Shown here one piece after another: positions 10,441 through 19,524 of a stretch of 64,000 nucleotides of DNA. The notes under the pieces were generated by a model. That model was not told the origin of the DNA, did not search any database, and was given only the letters and a program-made list of their open reading frames with translations. The stretch comes from a virus (lineage: Duplodnaviria > Caudoviricetes), in IMG/VR virus record IMGVR_UViG_3300025679_000005; one strand, written 5' to 3'. Both the position numbers and the translations under genes were made by a program. Positions within the stretch are counted from its first letter, which is position 1. Each line of letters opens with the position of its first letter.

Positions 10441-10581
10441 TAATAAGGACCCTAAGGCCCACCCAAAAAAGATCGCATGGCCGCCCTTGGAGACGATCTT
10501 AGACCGTCTCAAGACAACCCCGTTCACTGTGCTGGCTAGAGAACTTGGAGTATCCGACAATGCCATACGAAAGCATATCCG

Positions 10582-10674
10582 TGCCCACGGTGGGATTCGA
10601 ACCCACGTTCCGAATTCGTTAGAATTTCACGCAAATTTAGAATTTGCTGCTCTGGACCACTGAGCGACATGGGC
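10582..10674 (-). tRNA. amber suppressor tRNA (anticodon CTA), class II, A73
   Basis: GCCCATG/CGTGGGC acceptor; GCAAA-TTCTAAA-TTTGC anticodon arm; GTGGG-TTCGAAT-CCCAC T arm. Confidence 0.85.
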
Positions 10675-10680
10675 TAAATT

Positions 10681-11058
10681 TCAAGAACGTTGTTTGTAAC
10701 CACGATTCATGAGTGCGTCAGTTCGAAGTGAGTTGGCGCAAGGGATTGAACAGAAGCTTCGCTTTTTGGCCTTGCCTTTACCCCTCACAGGGTCCCCACA
10801 CCAAGCGCACCACCCAGTAGGTGCGGGAGAGAAGAGGCAGCACAACACGGATATGAGCACATTTGGGTGCTTCTGTCCGCAATACGTACATAGGCATTCT
10901 TTCTTGGGCTTCCTTGAAGGAGGGGCCGCAGAAAAGGAGTGCCCTGCGTAAAGACCTAACTCAGATGCGAGGGAGAAGCTCTCAGCCTGCATCATCGGTC
11001 GTTCTACGTATTGTTGTGTCATGGTTTGTTCAGGGTCTGGCGGTAGGTTGCACAGCAA
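10681..11058 (-). CDS. Cys-rich zinc-finger-like hypothetical protein
   Basis: CTYC, CAWC, CSIPC; start uncertain. Confidence 0.45.
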   Translation of the reverse strand: MLCNLPPDPEQTMTQQYVERPMMQAESFSLASELGLYAGHSFSAAPPSRKPKKECLCTYCGQKHPNVLISVLCCLFSPAPTGWCAWCGDPVRGKGKAKKRSFCSIPCANSLRTDALMNRGYKQRS

Positions 11059-11354
11059 CGGAGGAACTCGTCTTGAGCGGGGACCTCAGGGGTGGGCTCG
11101 ACCCTCTCAGGTAACAGACTCCAAAGCTCGGGGACAAACCAACAGAGGTTGTGTCCCGTGGCATCTCGATGAGTACGGATTCCGGCCCTGAGCTTCTTGA
11201 CTTCGGCTAGTAGCCCAGCACGATTCATAGTCTCAAGGTCGGAATCCAACCCCTTTACCTCAGGCTCGTCCCCGTCCTTGTGACAAGAACAAGCACACGC
11301 TTTGAACGCACAGTTCTCCTGGGAACAAGCTAGGCATCGGGGCAAGCTAGGCAT
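11019..11354 (-). CDS. hypothetical protein
   Basis: 111 aa, coupled to groES stop. Confidence 0.6.
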   Translation of the reverse strand: MPSLPRCLACSQENCAFKACACSCHKDGDEPEVKGLDSDLETMNRAGLLAEVKKLRAGIRTHRDATGHNLCWFVPELWSLLPERVEPTPEVPAQDEFLRCCATYRQTLNKP

Positions 11355-11668
11355 CAGACGGGTTCCTCGACTCCGAGGATGTGTTCTTCCTTGACGATGA
11401 CGTACTTGACGCCTTCCAGCTCGACCTCAGTACCCATGTACTTACCCAGGAGCACAGTATCTCCCTTGCGAACGTCAGATTCGACGCGGCGTCCGTTTTC
11501 GAGGATGCGACCTGGGCCTACGGAAATGACAGAGGCACGCCAGGAGAGGTCATGATCCCGTGCGGTCGGGGGGATGTAGATCCCACCCTTGGTGACGCCT
11601 TCGCGCTCGATGACTTGAATGACTACGTTATCGTGAAGAGGGGTGATGTCTTTGACGGTCTTTGCCAT
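11354..11668 (-). CDS. groES: co-chaperonin GroES
   Basis: PLHDNVVI, TKGGIYIP, VGPGR, GTEV...KEEHILGV. Confidence 0.93.
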   Translation of the reverse strand: MAKTVKDITPLHDNVVIQVIEREGVTKGGIYIPPTARDHDLSWRASVISVGPGRILENGRRVESDVRKGDTVLLGKYMGTEVELEGVKYVIVKEEHILGVEEPV

Positions 11669-11715
11669 GTGACTCCTTGATCTAGGCTATACACCAGATC
11701 GGTGTAATGGAAAAC

Positions 11716-12033
11716 ATGAAGAAGCGGGTCGAAAGATTTGTGACGAAACGCCTTGAGGCGTTCCATAGCCACGGCCCTATGTTTGGAGATCCCGAGGCTC
11801 TTGAACTGGGGGTCCTCATGCTTCTCGAATTCGAGCTTCTGACCAAATTCCCAGGGGTGTTGGAAGGCCAGCCTAGGATCGCAATTGAAGCCTACCGTAA
11901 GGAAGTTGTAGAGCGCTTCCCCAAGGCTGGTAATAGTCCCTGGTTATCTATGCTGACTTCAGCAGATGCCTTCCCAGAGGATCTCTTCACTATCGCGACG
12001 GCTGCGAGGAAGCGGCTAGGCGTTCTACCGTAG
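11716..12033 (+). CDS. hypothetical protein
   Basis: ORF after GGTGTA motif. Confidence 0.55.
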   Translation: MKKRVERFVTKRLEAFHSHGPMFGDPEALELGVLMLLEFELLTKFPGVLEGQPRIAIEAYRKEVVERFPKAGNSPWLSMLTSADAFPEDLFTIATAARKRLGVLP

Positions 12034-12346
12034 ACGACACGAAGATTAGCCTGCCTTCGGCTACCGCCCACGGAATGTTAGACCAGACGCTGGTAAAGTG
12101 TTTACACTTTACCACGAAGTTCTGAGAGGAAGCTCGACGATGAGGTGCTTGGGTTGTCCTGTCGAGGATCTCCACTTGGTCCCCAACATTGTAGATCACA
12201 CCTGCTAAGGTCGAATATTCCCGGGTGAATTCGTAGATGTCTCCGGGGATCACATCACGCTCAGGCGCTGGAATTGGGCTGGAATGATTGGGGGTGTGGC
12301 CGTCGTACGTGATTGTGTAGGTCTTCATGATCTTCCCTACGTCCAA
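11990..12346 (-). CDS. hypothetical protein
   Basis: 118 aa ORF. Confidence 0.5.
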   Translation of the reverse strand: MDVGKIMKTYTITYDGHTPNHSSPIPAPERDVIPGDIYEFTREYSTLAGVIYNVGDQVEILDRTTQAPHRRASSQNFVVKCKHFTSVWSNIPWAVAEGRLIFVSSTVERLAASSQPSR

Positions 12347-12451
12347 TGCAAGTGAGACTTAAGGGATTCGAAGATTCTCCACATGGCCCTATACTCCAAA
12401 AGCAGCCGATTACAGCCAGAAGTACTGCGATGACAATGAGGAGAAATGTGA

Positions 12452-13399
12452 TCATGGTTTCTCGTACAGTTCCTTGTCCAGCCGAAGGAGAATGGGAGCG
12501 TCTTCAAGCTCATTCAAGTAGGGCTGAACCTGTCCTACTCCGTAGAAGGTCCCTGCCAATGCCCCGGTGATGGCGGCGGTTGTGTCCGTGTCCCCGCCAG
12601 CTCGGACAGCGATCTCAACAGCATCGGCAAAGTTGCTGGTGGCCAGAAAACAGAGGAGGGCGGCTGGAACCGTCTGAACCACGTGGGCTCCGGTCCCCAT
12701 CTCCAAAAGAGCCTTCAAGGTTTCCTTGAGGCGGGCGACGGGCTCTGTGGGAAGCTCACTTAGGAGATCCTGGACATCCACGAGCTTCGAGATGATGTCC
12801 CCCTCGTACGTTGTGTAGTACAGGACTCTTCGGATGAAATTGTCGTCGGAGCGTGGGTCCAAGTTTGGCGGAGGGGCATTCACTAGCAGGGCTGTAGCCA
12901 CTGCAATGATAACGGCCCCTTCGACGGATGCCTCCGAGCTGTGCGTGATTCGAGAGTCGATCCTGGCGGCGATGGCGGCCGTTCCTGGGCTGTTGTAGTA
13001 GAACAAGCCCAGGGGGGCGGCCCGCATAGCCGAACCGTTCCCTTCGCTGGGCACACCGGAGTCGAGCCAGTGGTGCCCACTCAGGATACGCTCCAGGGCC
13101 TCCTTGGTGGCTTTGCCCATACCTCTGTGGTCGTTGGAGGCATACCACTCAATGTAGTTCTGAGCTGCCCCTACGGGGTCATAGGTTCCGCTGGCCGCTA
13201 GGCTCGTGGCCAGGGCTGTGGCCATCTTCGTGTCGTCAGTCCACTGCCCTGGCTTCAGATTGGGCTGAAGGGTGTTGATGTCCCATGAGCGGAAGGAACC
13301 ATCCCAGTCCAGCAACGCTTCCGAGGAGAAGTGATGGGTTTCAAAGGGCCCTCCAAGACTATCCCCCACAGCCAGGCCAGTGAGTGTCGCCGGAATCAT
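12452..13399 (-). CDS. ADP-ribosylglycohydrolase (DraG/ARH family)
   Basis: GLAVGDSLG, WTDDT, GNGSAMR, GGDTDTTAAITG. Confidence 0.92.
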   Translation of the reverse strand: MIPATLTGLAVGDSLGGPFETHHFSSEALLDWDGSFRSWDINTLQPNLKPGQWTDDTKMATALATSLAASGTYDPVGAAQNYIEWYASNDHRGMGKATKEALERILSGHHWLDSGVPSEGNGSAMRAAPLGLFYYNSPGTAAIAARIDSRITHSSEASVEGAVIIAVATALLVNAPPPNLDPRSDDNFIRRVLYYTTYEGDIISKLVDVQDLLSELPTEPVARLKETLKALLEMGTGAHVVQTVPAALLCFLATSNFADAVEIAVRAGGDTDTTAAITGALAGTFYGVGQVQPYLNELEDAPILLRLDKELYEKP

Positions 13400-13630
13400 G
13401 AGACCTCCTTGATGTTACCTGCCACAGCCAGACAAATTTCTATAAAGGCTGCCTGGCTCAGGGTCCACTTCATCTGATTCACGTTTTTGTGTACCCATTG
13501 TATGTTACCCAGATCGTACCCTAGACCACTGTCGATGCGATCTAAAGACCCTGCCATCGTTACAGAAGCTAACGCCAAGACCTTAATTCGACCTATTTCG
13601 CTTCCTACCAGGTCTGTGCCAAAGTTAGTT
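13396..13630 (-). pseudogene. internally deleted HNH endonuclease remnant
   Basis: N-term motif DLVGSEIGRIKVLA joined directly to SLDRIDSGLGY...NIQWVHKNVNQMK; no in-frame start. Confidence 0.65.
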
Positions 13631-13647
13631 GGGCTGTGCGGGGCATC

Positions 13648-13953
13648 CTAGCGCTTTACACCAGGGGAGGTCCTCTCCTTGTAGCGGATCATTGCCTCGA
13701 AGGAATTGACCAAAGGCTCTGGCTGAGGCTCGTGGAAGATGGCCCAGGTAACATCCTGAATCTTCTTCTTGGCCTCCGCCAGCTCCTCTTGCGCTCTATG
13801 CTTTTCCAGTTCGAGGGCTCGACGCCTAGCTAGTCGGATGAGACTGTCGATCTTGCTTCCCACGACGCTTGGTCTTCTTTCGGAATTTGCGAGCTTCCTC
13901 GAAGCCTTTGCTGTACTTCGGTTTTTTGAGGCCGTAGTGCACCAGTTCTTCAC
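13648..13953 (-). CDS. hypothetical protein (coiled coil)
   Basis: 101 aa ORF; start uncertain. Confidence 0.4.
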   Translation of the reverse strand: MKNWCTTASKNRSTAKASRKLANSERRPSVVGSKIDSLIRLARRRALELEKHRAQEELAEAKKKIQDVTWAIFHEPQPEPLVNSFEAMIRYKERTSPGVKR

Positions 13954-14216
13954 TCGAAAGCTTTTTGATTACCTTCCTAGCTTTGAGGTAGGCAGCTCGG
14001 AGGGTCCTGCCGTGGATGAATAGCTTGTGCTCTTGGATCCTTCCCAGAGCCAGACACCAGGCTTGTATACTGTCCTTGGCCAGCTCCTCGGCAGTAGGGA
14101 CAATGCCTGCCCTATCCATGATCTCGACGCCGTACAGGAAGACTCTGCTGATCGTCGTCCCAGGTATCTGACTATCCTCCAAGGCCGTGAGGGCCTTGTC
14201 AATATCCCACTTCATA
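13826..14216 (-). CDS. hypothetical protein
   Basis: Start set at MKWDIDKAL, adjacent to upstream stop. Confidence 0.5.
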
Positions 14217-14424
14217 TGTTCAGGCCTCGTTGACGTAGGCGAGCAGTCAGGTTCTTGATGGCTCGCATGTCGCTGGGGGAGCCTGCGGTGTGGACCATGT
14301 CCTTGCCATTGGGGGCCAAGAACTTGTAATGCCCCCTGTTGGTTTGGACTGTTTTCCACCCTTGGGTTTTGGCAGCAGCCAAAATATCACGGAAGTCACT
14401 ATTTGTTTCGACTCTAGGTGCCAT
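14212..14424 (-). CDS. HicA-like small dsRBD-fold protein
   Basis: GWKTVQTNRGHYKFLAPNG...TPSD-like pattern. Confidence 0.6.
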   Translation of the reverse strand: MAPRVETNSDFRDILAAAKTQGWKTVQTNRGHYKFLAPNGKDMVHTAGSPSDMRAIKNLTARLRQRGLNI

Positions 14425-14547
14425 TGGATTTCTCTTTTCTTTGGGGACGGCATTTCAGGGCCGTCCCAGGTACTAACGACCGCTCCCTCCAGGAACTTAA
14501 GAGGCGATTCCTGAAGAAAAGTTAGCTTGTTCGGTGTATGTTTGATC

Positions 14548-16014
14548 ATGACTACAGCTTTAGAGAGTGACGCATACAAAGCCTCGATGACCGAAGCGGG
14601 TTTCCCGTTGCGAGACGAAAACTTTTACTACGCGCATCGGCGTGGCGGGGCCCAAGGCTGGCACTACATGCCACTTGATGTCAACAAATTCATTCAGAGC
14701 ATCCTACCGACGCCGACGGAAGAGGATTATAACTACCTGAAAGAACACAACTACGAGGCCGGTGCTGGTACTCGTAAGGCCTTCACGCTGAAAGATCAAG
14801 TGAAGATCCTATCCGTACCTCAAGGCGGATGGTTCTACAACCGTGAAGCTGCGTTCAGTGGAAGGGGGCCTTCAACTCTCGTGAGCTGGCTGGAGCCCAA
14901 GACTCTGCAACTGCATCTTCGCATCCAAGTAGCGACGGCGTACATGTCCGCCGACCCTTCTCTAGCCGAAAAGATTCGGTACGTTACATGCGAACGTGAG
15001 AAAGAGATCATCCTGGAAACCCTGGATTCTCTGAAACCTTTGGGCGTTCGGGCCGCCCAAAGGTTTCAGATCGAAGTCTGCGAGCAGCAGTACTATGACG
15101 CCGTATACGCTCGTGCTCGAAAGCTCGTTGACGTGGTGCACAATCCAGATCGCATCTTCGAAGTCGGTATGCGTGGAGTGTCTTGCATGGAGCAGCACGA
15201 GATCGCGCTCCGAGCAATCAAAGATGCGGGCATTCTTCGCACCTCCAATATGGAACTTGCTCGCAGGCTGGGGATGACCCCCGTAGGTACAATGGGTCAC
15301 GAGCACCCTCAGCGGATGGGTGGGGACTACTGTGCTTTTGCCACTATGCGGGATCGTTTTCCAGGCTTCTTGTTCTACTTACCCGACACCTTCGACACTA
15401 TTCGCTCTGGAGTGCCTGCCGCCTTGCGTGCGATTGGGGAAGCCCCCGACCGTAATGCGGGCATTCGTTTCGACTCGGAAGAAGGTATCCGAGGACATTA
15501 CATGTTCACCGTGGTCCGTGCCAGAGAGCTTGGGTTGACACCCAACTTGGCCCTGGAAAGTGGCTGGAACCACGACCTGACTGTAGAATTTGAAGAACTT
15601 CGAAAGCAGATCAAATGGCCGGAAGATCGCCAGTGTTATGGCTTTGGGGGGTTCCTCAATAAAACCCCCTGGCCGTCCTTCGAGCGGGATACCGTCTCCG
15701 CAGTGTGGAAGCTCTCTCAGACAGGAAATCGTGCGGTCATGAAGTTCGGAGATGAGCCCGGTGGGGCCAAGGAGTCTATTCCCGGCCGTCCGCAAATCTA
15801 TCGTCCAAAGCCGGCTGTGCACAGTGATGTGATCGGCTATGTTTACCAAGAAGGCGAGGATCATCCCAACTCTGATGTCTTCTGCCTGAGCGGCCAGGAG
15901 ATGACCTCTCCGCTATACCCAGGCCGTCCAGGATCGTTGGTGTACTCCCCAGAAACTCAGCGTTTGGTGAGCGAGTGTCGTGCCGCCAAGAAGCGTATCC
16001 TGGAGGAGTGCTGA
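14548..16014 (+). CDS. pncB: nicotinate phosphoribosyltransferase (PncB/NAMPT family)
   Basis: SDAYK, EVGMRG, GTMGHEH, LPDTFD, GIRFDS motifs. Confidence 0.85.
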   Translation: MTTALESDAYKASMTEAGFPLRDENFYYAHRRGGAQGWHYMPLDVNKFIQSILPTPTEEDYNYLKEHNYEAGAGTRKAFTLKDQVKILSVPQGGWFYNREAAFSGRGPSTLVSWLEPKTLQLHLRIQVATAYMSADPSLAEKIRYVTCEREKEIILETLDSLKPLGVRAAQRFQIEVCEQQYYDAVYARARKLVDVVHNPDRIFEVGMRGVSCMEQHEIALRAIKDAGILRTSNMELARRLGMTPVGTMGHEHPQRMGGDYCAFATMRDRFPGFLFYLPDTFDTIRSGVPAALRAIGEAPDRNAGIRFDSEEGIRGHYMFTVVRARELGLTPNLALESGWNHDLTVEFEELRKQIKWPEDRQCYGFGGFLNKTPWPSFERDTVSAVWKLSQTGNRAVMKFGDEPGGAKESIPGRPQIYRPKPAVHSDVIGYVYQEGEDHPNSDVFCLSGQEMTSPLYPGRPGSLVYSPETQRLVSECRAAKKRILEEC

Positions 16015-16015
16015 T

Positions 16016-17992
16016 ATGCACCTTCTAAAGGTAGGGACAGCTTCCGTCAATCAGGCCCCTCTCGATTGGACGGGTAACTACGAGAACATCGTCGAAGCCA
16101 TTAACATGGCGGCGGCAGAAGGAGTGCAGATCCTCTGCCTCCCGGAGCTGTGCATCACCGGCTACGGGTGTGAGGATCACTTTCACTCGTACGATGTTCA
16201 GCAGACGGCGCTCCAAGTTCTGAAGATGATCGCCAAGGACATCTCCGAGGCAGAGCTGAAGATCAAGGTCTGTGTAGGGTTGCCGTTCTTGCACAACAAC
16301 GCCCTGTACAACGTTGTGGCCATGATCGATTCCGGCAGGATCTTAGGGTTCGTACCCAAGCAACATCTAGCCGGCGACGGGCTGCACTACGAGCCTCGTT
16401 GGTTCAAGCCCTGGCCTGCGGGTCATCAGGACGTAACCAACTTCATCGACGACGAACTCTACGTCCCGATTGGAGACATGATCTTCGAATTCCGTCACAC
16501 GGGGGAGTCAGCCGTCGTGCGGGTAGGCTTCGAAATCTGTGAAGACGCCTGGGTGGCCAACCGTCCTGGTGCTCTGCTCTCTCAGTACGGGGTAGACATC
16601 ACGATGAACCCCTCGGCTTCCCACTTTGCTTTCGGCAAGTATGAGGTCCGTCAAAGGTTCGTCATGGAAGGGTCCCGAGCTTTCGGCACAACCTATCTCT
16701 ACGCGAACTTGCTGGGCAATGAAGCCGGGCGGGCTATCTACGACGGCGGTAACCTCATCGCTACCAAAGGGAGCATCGTAGGGTTTGGGCGACGATTTTC
16801 GTTCAAACCTGTGGAACTCCTGACGGCGGTCATCGACATTGATGCCACGAGGACTCAGCAGTCTGCCACGGCCAGCTTCACGCCTAAGTTGGGGAAGTGT
16901 CGTGTCATGCAAGGGTATCAGGCCCTGGAGGCCACCGAAGAAGGGGTATCCAACGGGCATGCCATACAGGAGGACGAGACCCACGACGAATTCACCAACG
17001 CCATCTCCTTGGCCTTGTGTGACTACATGCGTAAAGCCCATTCTAAGGGGTTTGTGATCTCCCTCAGCGGTGGGGCTGACTCGGCCGCTTGTGCCGTGCT
17101 GGTCCGAAAGATGTGGGACATCGGTGTGGACACCTTTGGGGAAGAGCTGTTCCTCGAACACTTGGGACTCGAACCTGGAACAGGGTTCAAGGACATCCTC
17201 ACGTGCATGTACCAAGGCACCAAGAACAGCTCTGACGTGACTTTAAACGCAGCAACAGTCGTTGCCGAAGAGCTGGGGGCCAAGTTCTTGATCGTCTCCG
17301 TAGACAGCCTCGTGGAGGGCTACAAATCAATGATGTCGACGGCTTTGGGTCGGGAGCTATCCTGGGAGACTGATGATCTGGCCCTACAAAACATCCAAGC
17401 CCGTGTCCGAGCGCCTAGCATCTGGATGGTAGCAAATGTCGAGGGGAAGCTCCTGATCACTACCAGCAACCGAAGTGAAGCGGCGGTGGGGTATTGTACA
17501 ATGGACGGTGATACCGCCGGCAGTATTGCGCCGATTGGTGGTATCGGCAAAGCCTTCTTGCTCCGTTGGCTACGGGACTCCGCAAGACTAGACTTCCCTT
17601 CCCTGGAAGCTGTGATCAAGCAGAAGCCGACAGCAGAGCTTCGCCCAGGGACTTCGGCGCAGACAGATGAGACCGACCTCATGCCTTACGAAGTTCTAGA
17701 TGCAGTAGAAAAGGAGGCCATTGTGGGCAAGAAGTCTCCAACTGATGTCTACAGGTCTGTTCGTCGTAGGTTCTCAATGTACGCTGAAAAGGACCTTCTT
17801 CTCTGGATCGAGCGGTTTTTTCTTTTATGGGCCAGGAATCAGTGGAAGCGCGATCGGCTTTCCCCAGGATTCCACGTCGATGAAGAAAGTCTTGACCCCA
17901 AAACATGGTGCAGGTTCCCAATCCTCTCAGGAGGCTTCGTCCAAGAGCTTGCCGCACTGCGAGCCTACGCCAAAGCTGAAGGTGTGTGTTGA
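16016..17992 (+). CDS. nadE: glutamine-dependent NAD+ synthetase
   Basis: Nitrilase domain (LPELCITGY, EICED) plus SGGADS, QNIQAR, TSNRSE, PTAEL. Confidence 0.95.
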   Translation: MHLLKVGTASVNQAPLDWTGNYENIVEAINMAAAEGVQILCLPELCITGYGCEDHFHSYDVQQTALQVLKMIAKDISEAELKIKVCVGLPFLHNNALYNVVAMIDSGRILGFVPKQHLAGDGLHYEPRWFKPWPAGHQDVTNFIDDELYVPIGDMIFEFRHTGESAVVRVGFEICEDAWVANRPGALLSQYGVDITMNPSASHFAFGKYEVRQRFVMEGSRAFGTTYLYANLLGNEAGRAIYDGGNLIATKGSIVGFGRRFSFKPVELLTAVIDIDATRTQQSATASFTPKLGKCRVMQGYQALEATEEGVSNGHAIQEDETHDEFTNAISLALCDYMRKAHSKGFVISLSGGADSAACAVLVRKMWDIGVDTFGEELFLEHLGLEPGTGFKDILTCMYQGTKNSSDVTLNAATVVAEELGAKFLIVSVDSLVEGYKSMMSTALGRELSWETDDLALQNIQARVRAPSIWMVANVEGKLLITTSNRSEAAVGYCTMDGDTAGSIAPIGGIGKAFLLRWLRDSARLDFPSLEAVIKQKPTAELRPGTSAQTDETDLMPYEVLDAVEKEAIVGKKSPTDVYRSVRRRFSMYAEKDLLLWIERFFLLWARNQWKRDRLSPGFHVDEESLDPKTWCRFPILSGGFVQELAALRAYAKAEGVC

Positions 17993-18755
17993 GTGTGGGC
18001 CTAAGCCACTTGAGGCCTTCTACGTAGCCTACACGACTCCTAAGGGCGCCGTGGTATTTAAGTCCAGATGTAAAGAGTGTTACCCAAAAGTCAAGAGTCC
18101 GAACTCAATTCGACTGGCTTCAGAACGCTCTAAAATACAACGAGCTTCTGGGCACAATAAGGCGGCTTTCTTGGTGAAAGACTCCACAAGGGTAGACAGG
18201 GATAAGGGATTGACCTGTGACCTCACAAAGGAATTTGTGGAGGAGCAGCTCGCTAAAGGTTGCTCCTACTGTGATGAGACGGACATACGATGGCTGGGCC
18301 TAGATCGCGTAGACAATTCTTTGGGACACACTCAACACAATGTGGTGCCTGCCTGTGAGCGCTGTAACTATATCCGACGAGACATGCCTTATGAGGCTTG
18401 GCTCTTATTTGTGCCCACTCTCAGGCAGGTGCTGGATTGCGGCGCCTTCGGAGAGTGGTACCCCAATAACGCAAAGTTACGCAAAGGGATCCGACGAGAA
18501 ATGCCTGTGGACGCTAGACTAGGTGCACCACTAACAGAAGCCTTGATCTTAGCCGATGCAGACACATTTTTCAGCGTTTATGGGGAGTGGCCCAAGTCCA
18601 CAGATAAACGCCCAGTTGTTGGTAAGGATGTGACATGGCCTTACTACGACCGTGCCCTTTACTATGGCCTTAGAGGACTTCCCAAAGGAGAGACTACTTT
18701 GGCTCAGCTGCTCCAGGCAGAGCGTGGCGTGCCTAACAGAAAAGGTAAGCGATGA
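17982..18755 (+). CDS. HNH-type endonuclease with C-terminal RGLP repeat domain
   Basis: CSYC...GLDRVDNSLGH...NVVPACERCN; start set at GTG 17982. Confidence 0.75.
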   Translation: MCVECGPKPLEAFYVAYTTPKGAVVFKSRCKECYPKVKSPNSIRLASERSKIQRASGHNKAAFLVKDSTRVDRDKGLTCDLTKEFVEEQLAKGCSYCDETDIRWLGLDRVDNSLGHTQHNVVPACERCNYIRRDMPYEAWLLFVPTLRQVLDCGAFGEWYPNNAKLRKGIRREMPVDARLGAPLTEALILADADTFFSVYGEWPKSTDKRPVVGKDVTWPYYDRALYYGLRGLPKGETTLAQLLQAERGVPNRKGKR

Positions 18756-19276
18756 GGCGAGTAGAAGCGGACGAGATAGTTCCCAACCTGTGGCAGGGCT
18801 CCTACCCCCGATACGGGGAACATGTTGCTAAGTCGGGCTTCACGCTCTTGGTGTTCTGTGCTGGGGAAATACAGCCTCCAGCAGAGGACTACCCTGGCGT
18901 CAGGATCATCTACGCCCCCAACAGCGATGACTACGTTAGCAAAATGCCTAGGGACCTGCTTCAAATAGCCGTTGAAGCAGCCCACGAGGTAGCTCAGGAA
19001 ATACAGGACGGTGGTAAAGCTCTTGTGACTTGTGCCGCCGGCATCAACCGGTCAGGGCTAGTGTCCGCATTGACCCTGCACTTCCTTCACGGTTGGGCAG
19101 GAACTGAATGCATCGCACGAGTGCAGAAGACTAGGGTCAATCAAAAGCACCACATGGTCGCTTTGGATAACCCTCAGTTCCGAGCTGTCCTAAAGAACCT
19201 CAAGCCTGCGGGCAAGGCCAAAGCGTTACCAGCAGGCTGGGTTGAAAGTGACTCTGGCTTGATCCTACCTGAGTAA
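18752..19276 (+). CDS. dual-specificity protein phosphatase
   Basis: VTCAAGINRS (CX5R) motif. Confidence 0.88.
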   Translation: MRRVEADEIVPNLWQGSYPRYGEHVAKSGFTLLVFCAGEIQPPAEDYPGVRIIYAPNSDDYVSKMPRDLLQIAVEAAHEVAQEIQDGGKALVTCAAGINRSGLVSALTLHFLHGWAGTECIARVQKTRVNQKHHMVALDNPQFRAVLKNLKPAGKAKALPAGWVESDSGLILPE

Positions 19277-19278
19277 CC

Positions 19279-19521
19279 TTACTTAGGTCCGTAGAAACGA
19301 GTCTCAGGATAACCACCGCAAGCAGGACATTGGGGCCCAGGATCCCCTTTAGGGCCTATTGCTGCGAGGAGTTGCCCACCAGTCTTCTCGTACATCCCGG
19401 CCAAAGACACGAGGGTGTCCTCAAGTTGCTCCCGTGTAAAAGGAGGCTCAGTTGGGCAGTCCCCTTGGGTTTGACGGAGCTTAACTGAAGCGACTATGGC
19501 TTTGACGGCTAGTGAATGCAT
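19279..19521 (-). CDS. hypothetical protein
   Basis: 80 aa, CPACGG. Confidence 0.5.
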   Translation of the reverse strand: MHSLAVKAIVASVKLRQTQGDCPTEPPFTREQLEDTLVSLAGMYEKTGGQLLAAIGPKGDPGPQCPACGGYPETRFYGPK

Positions 19522-19524
19522 GAG

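Noticed and set aside
17721-17981. Long N-terminal extension of the HNH ORF overlapping nadE
   Set aside because: Low-information sequence in an alternate frame of nadE; the Cys motifs begin at 17982
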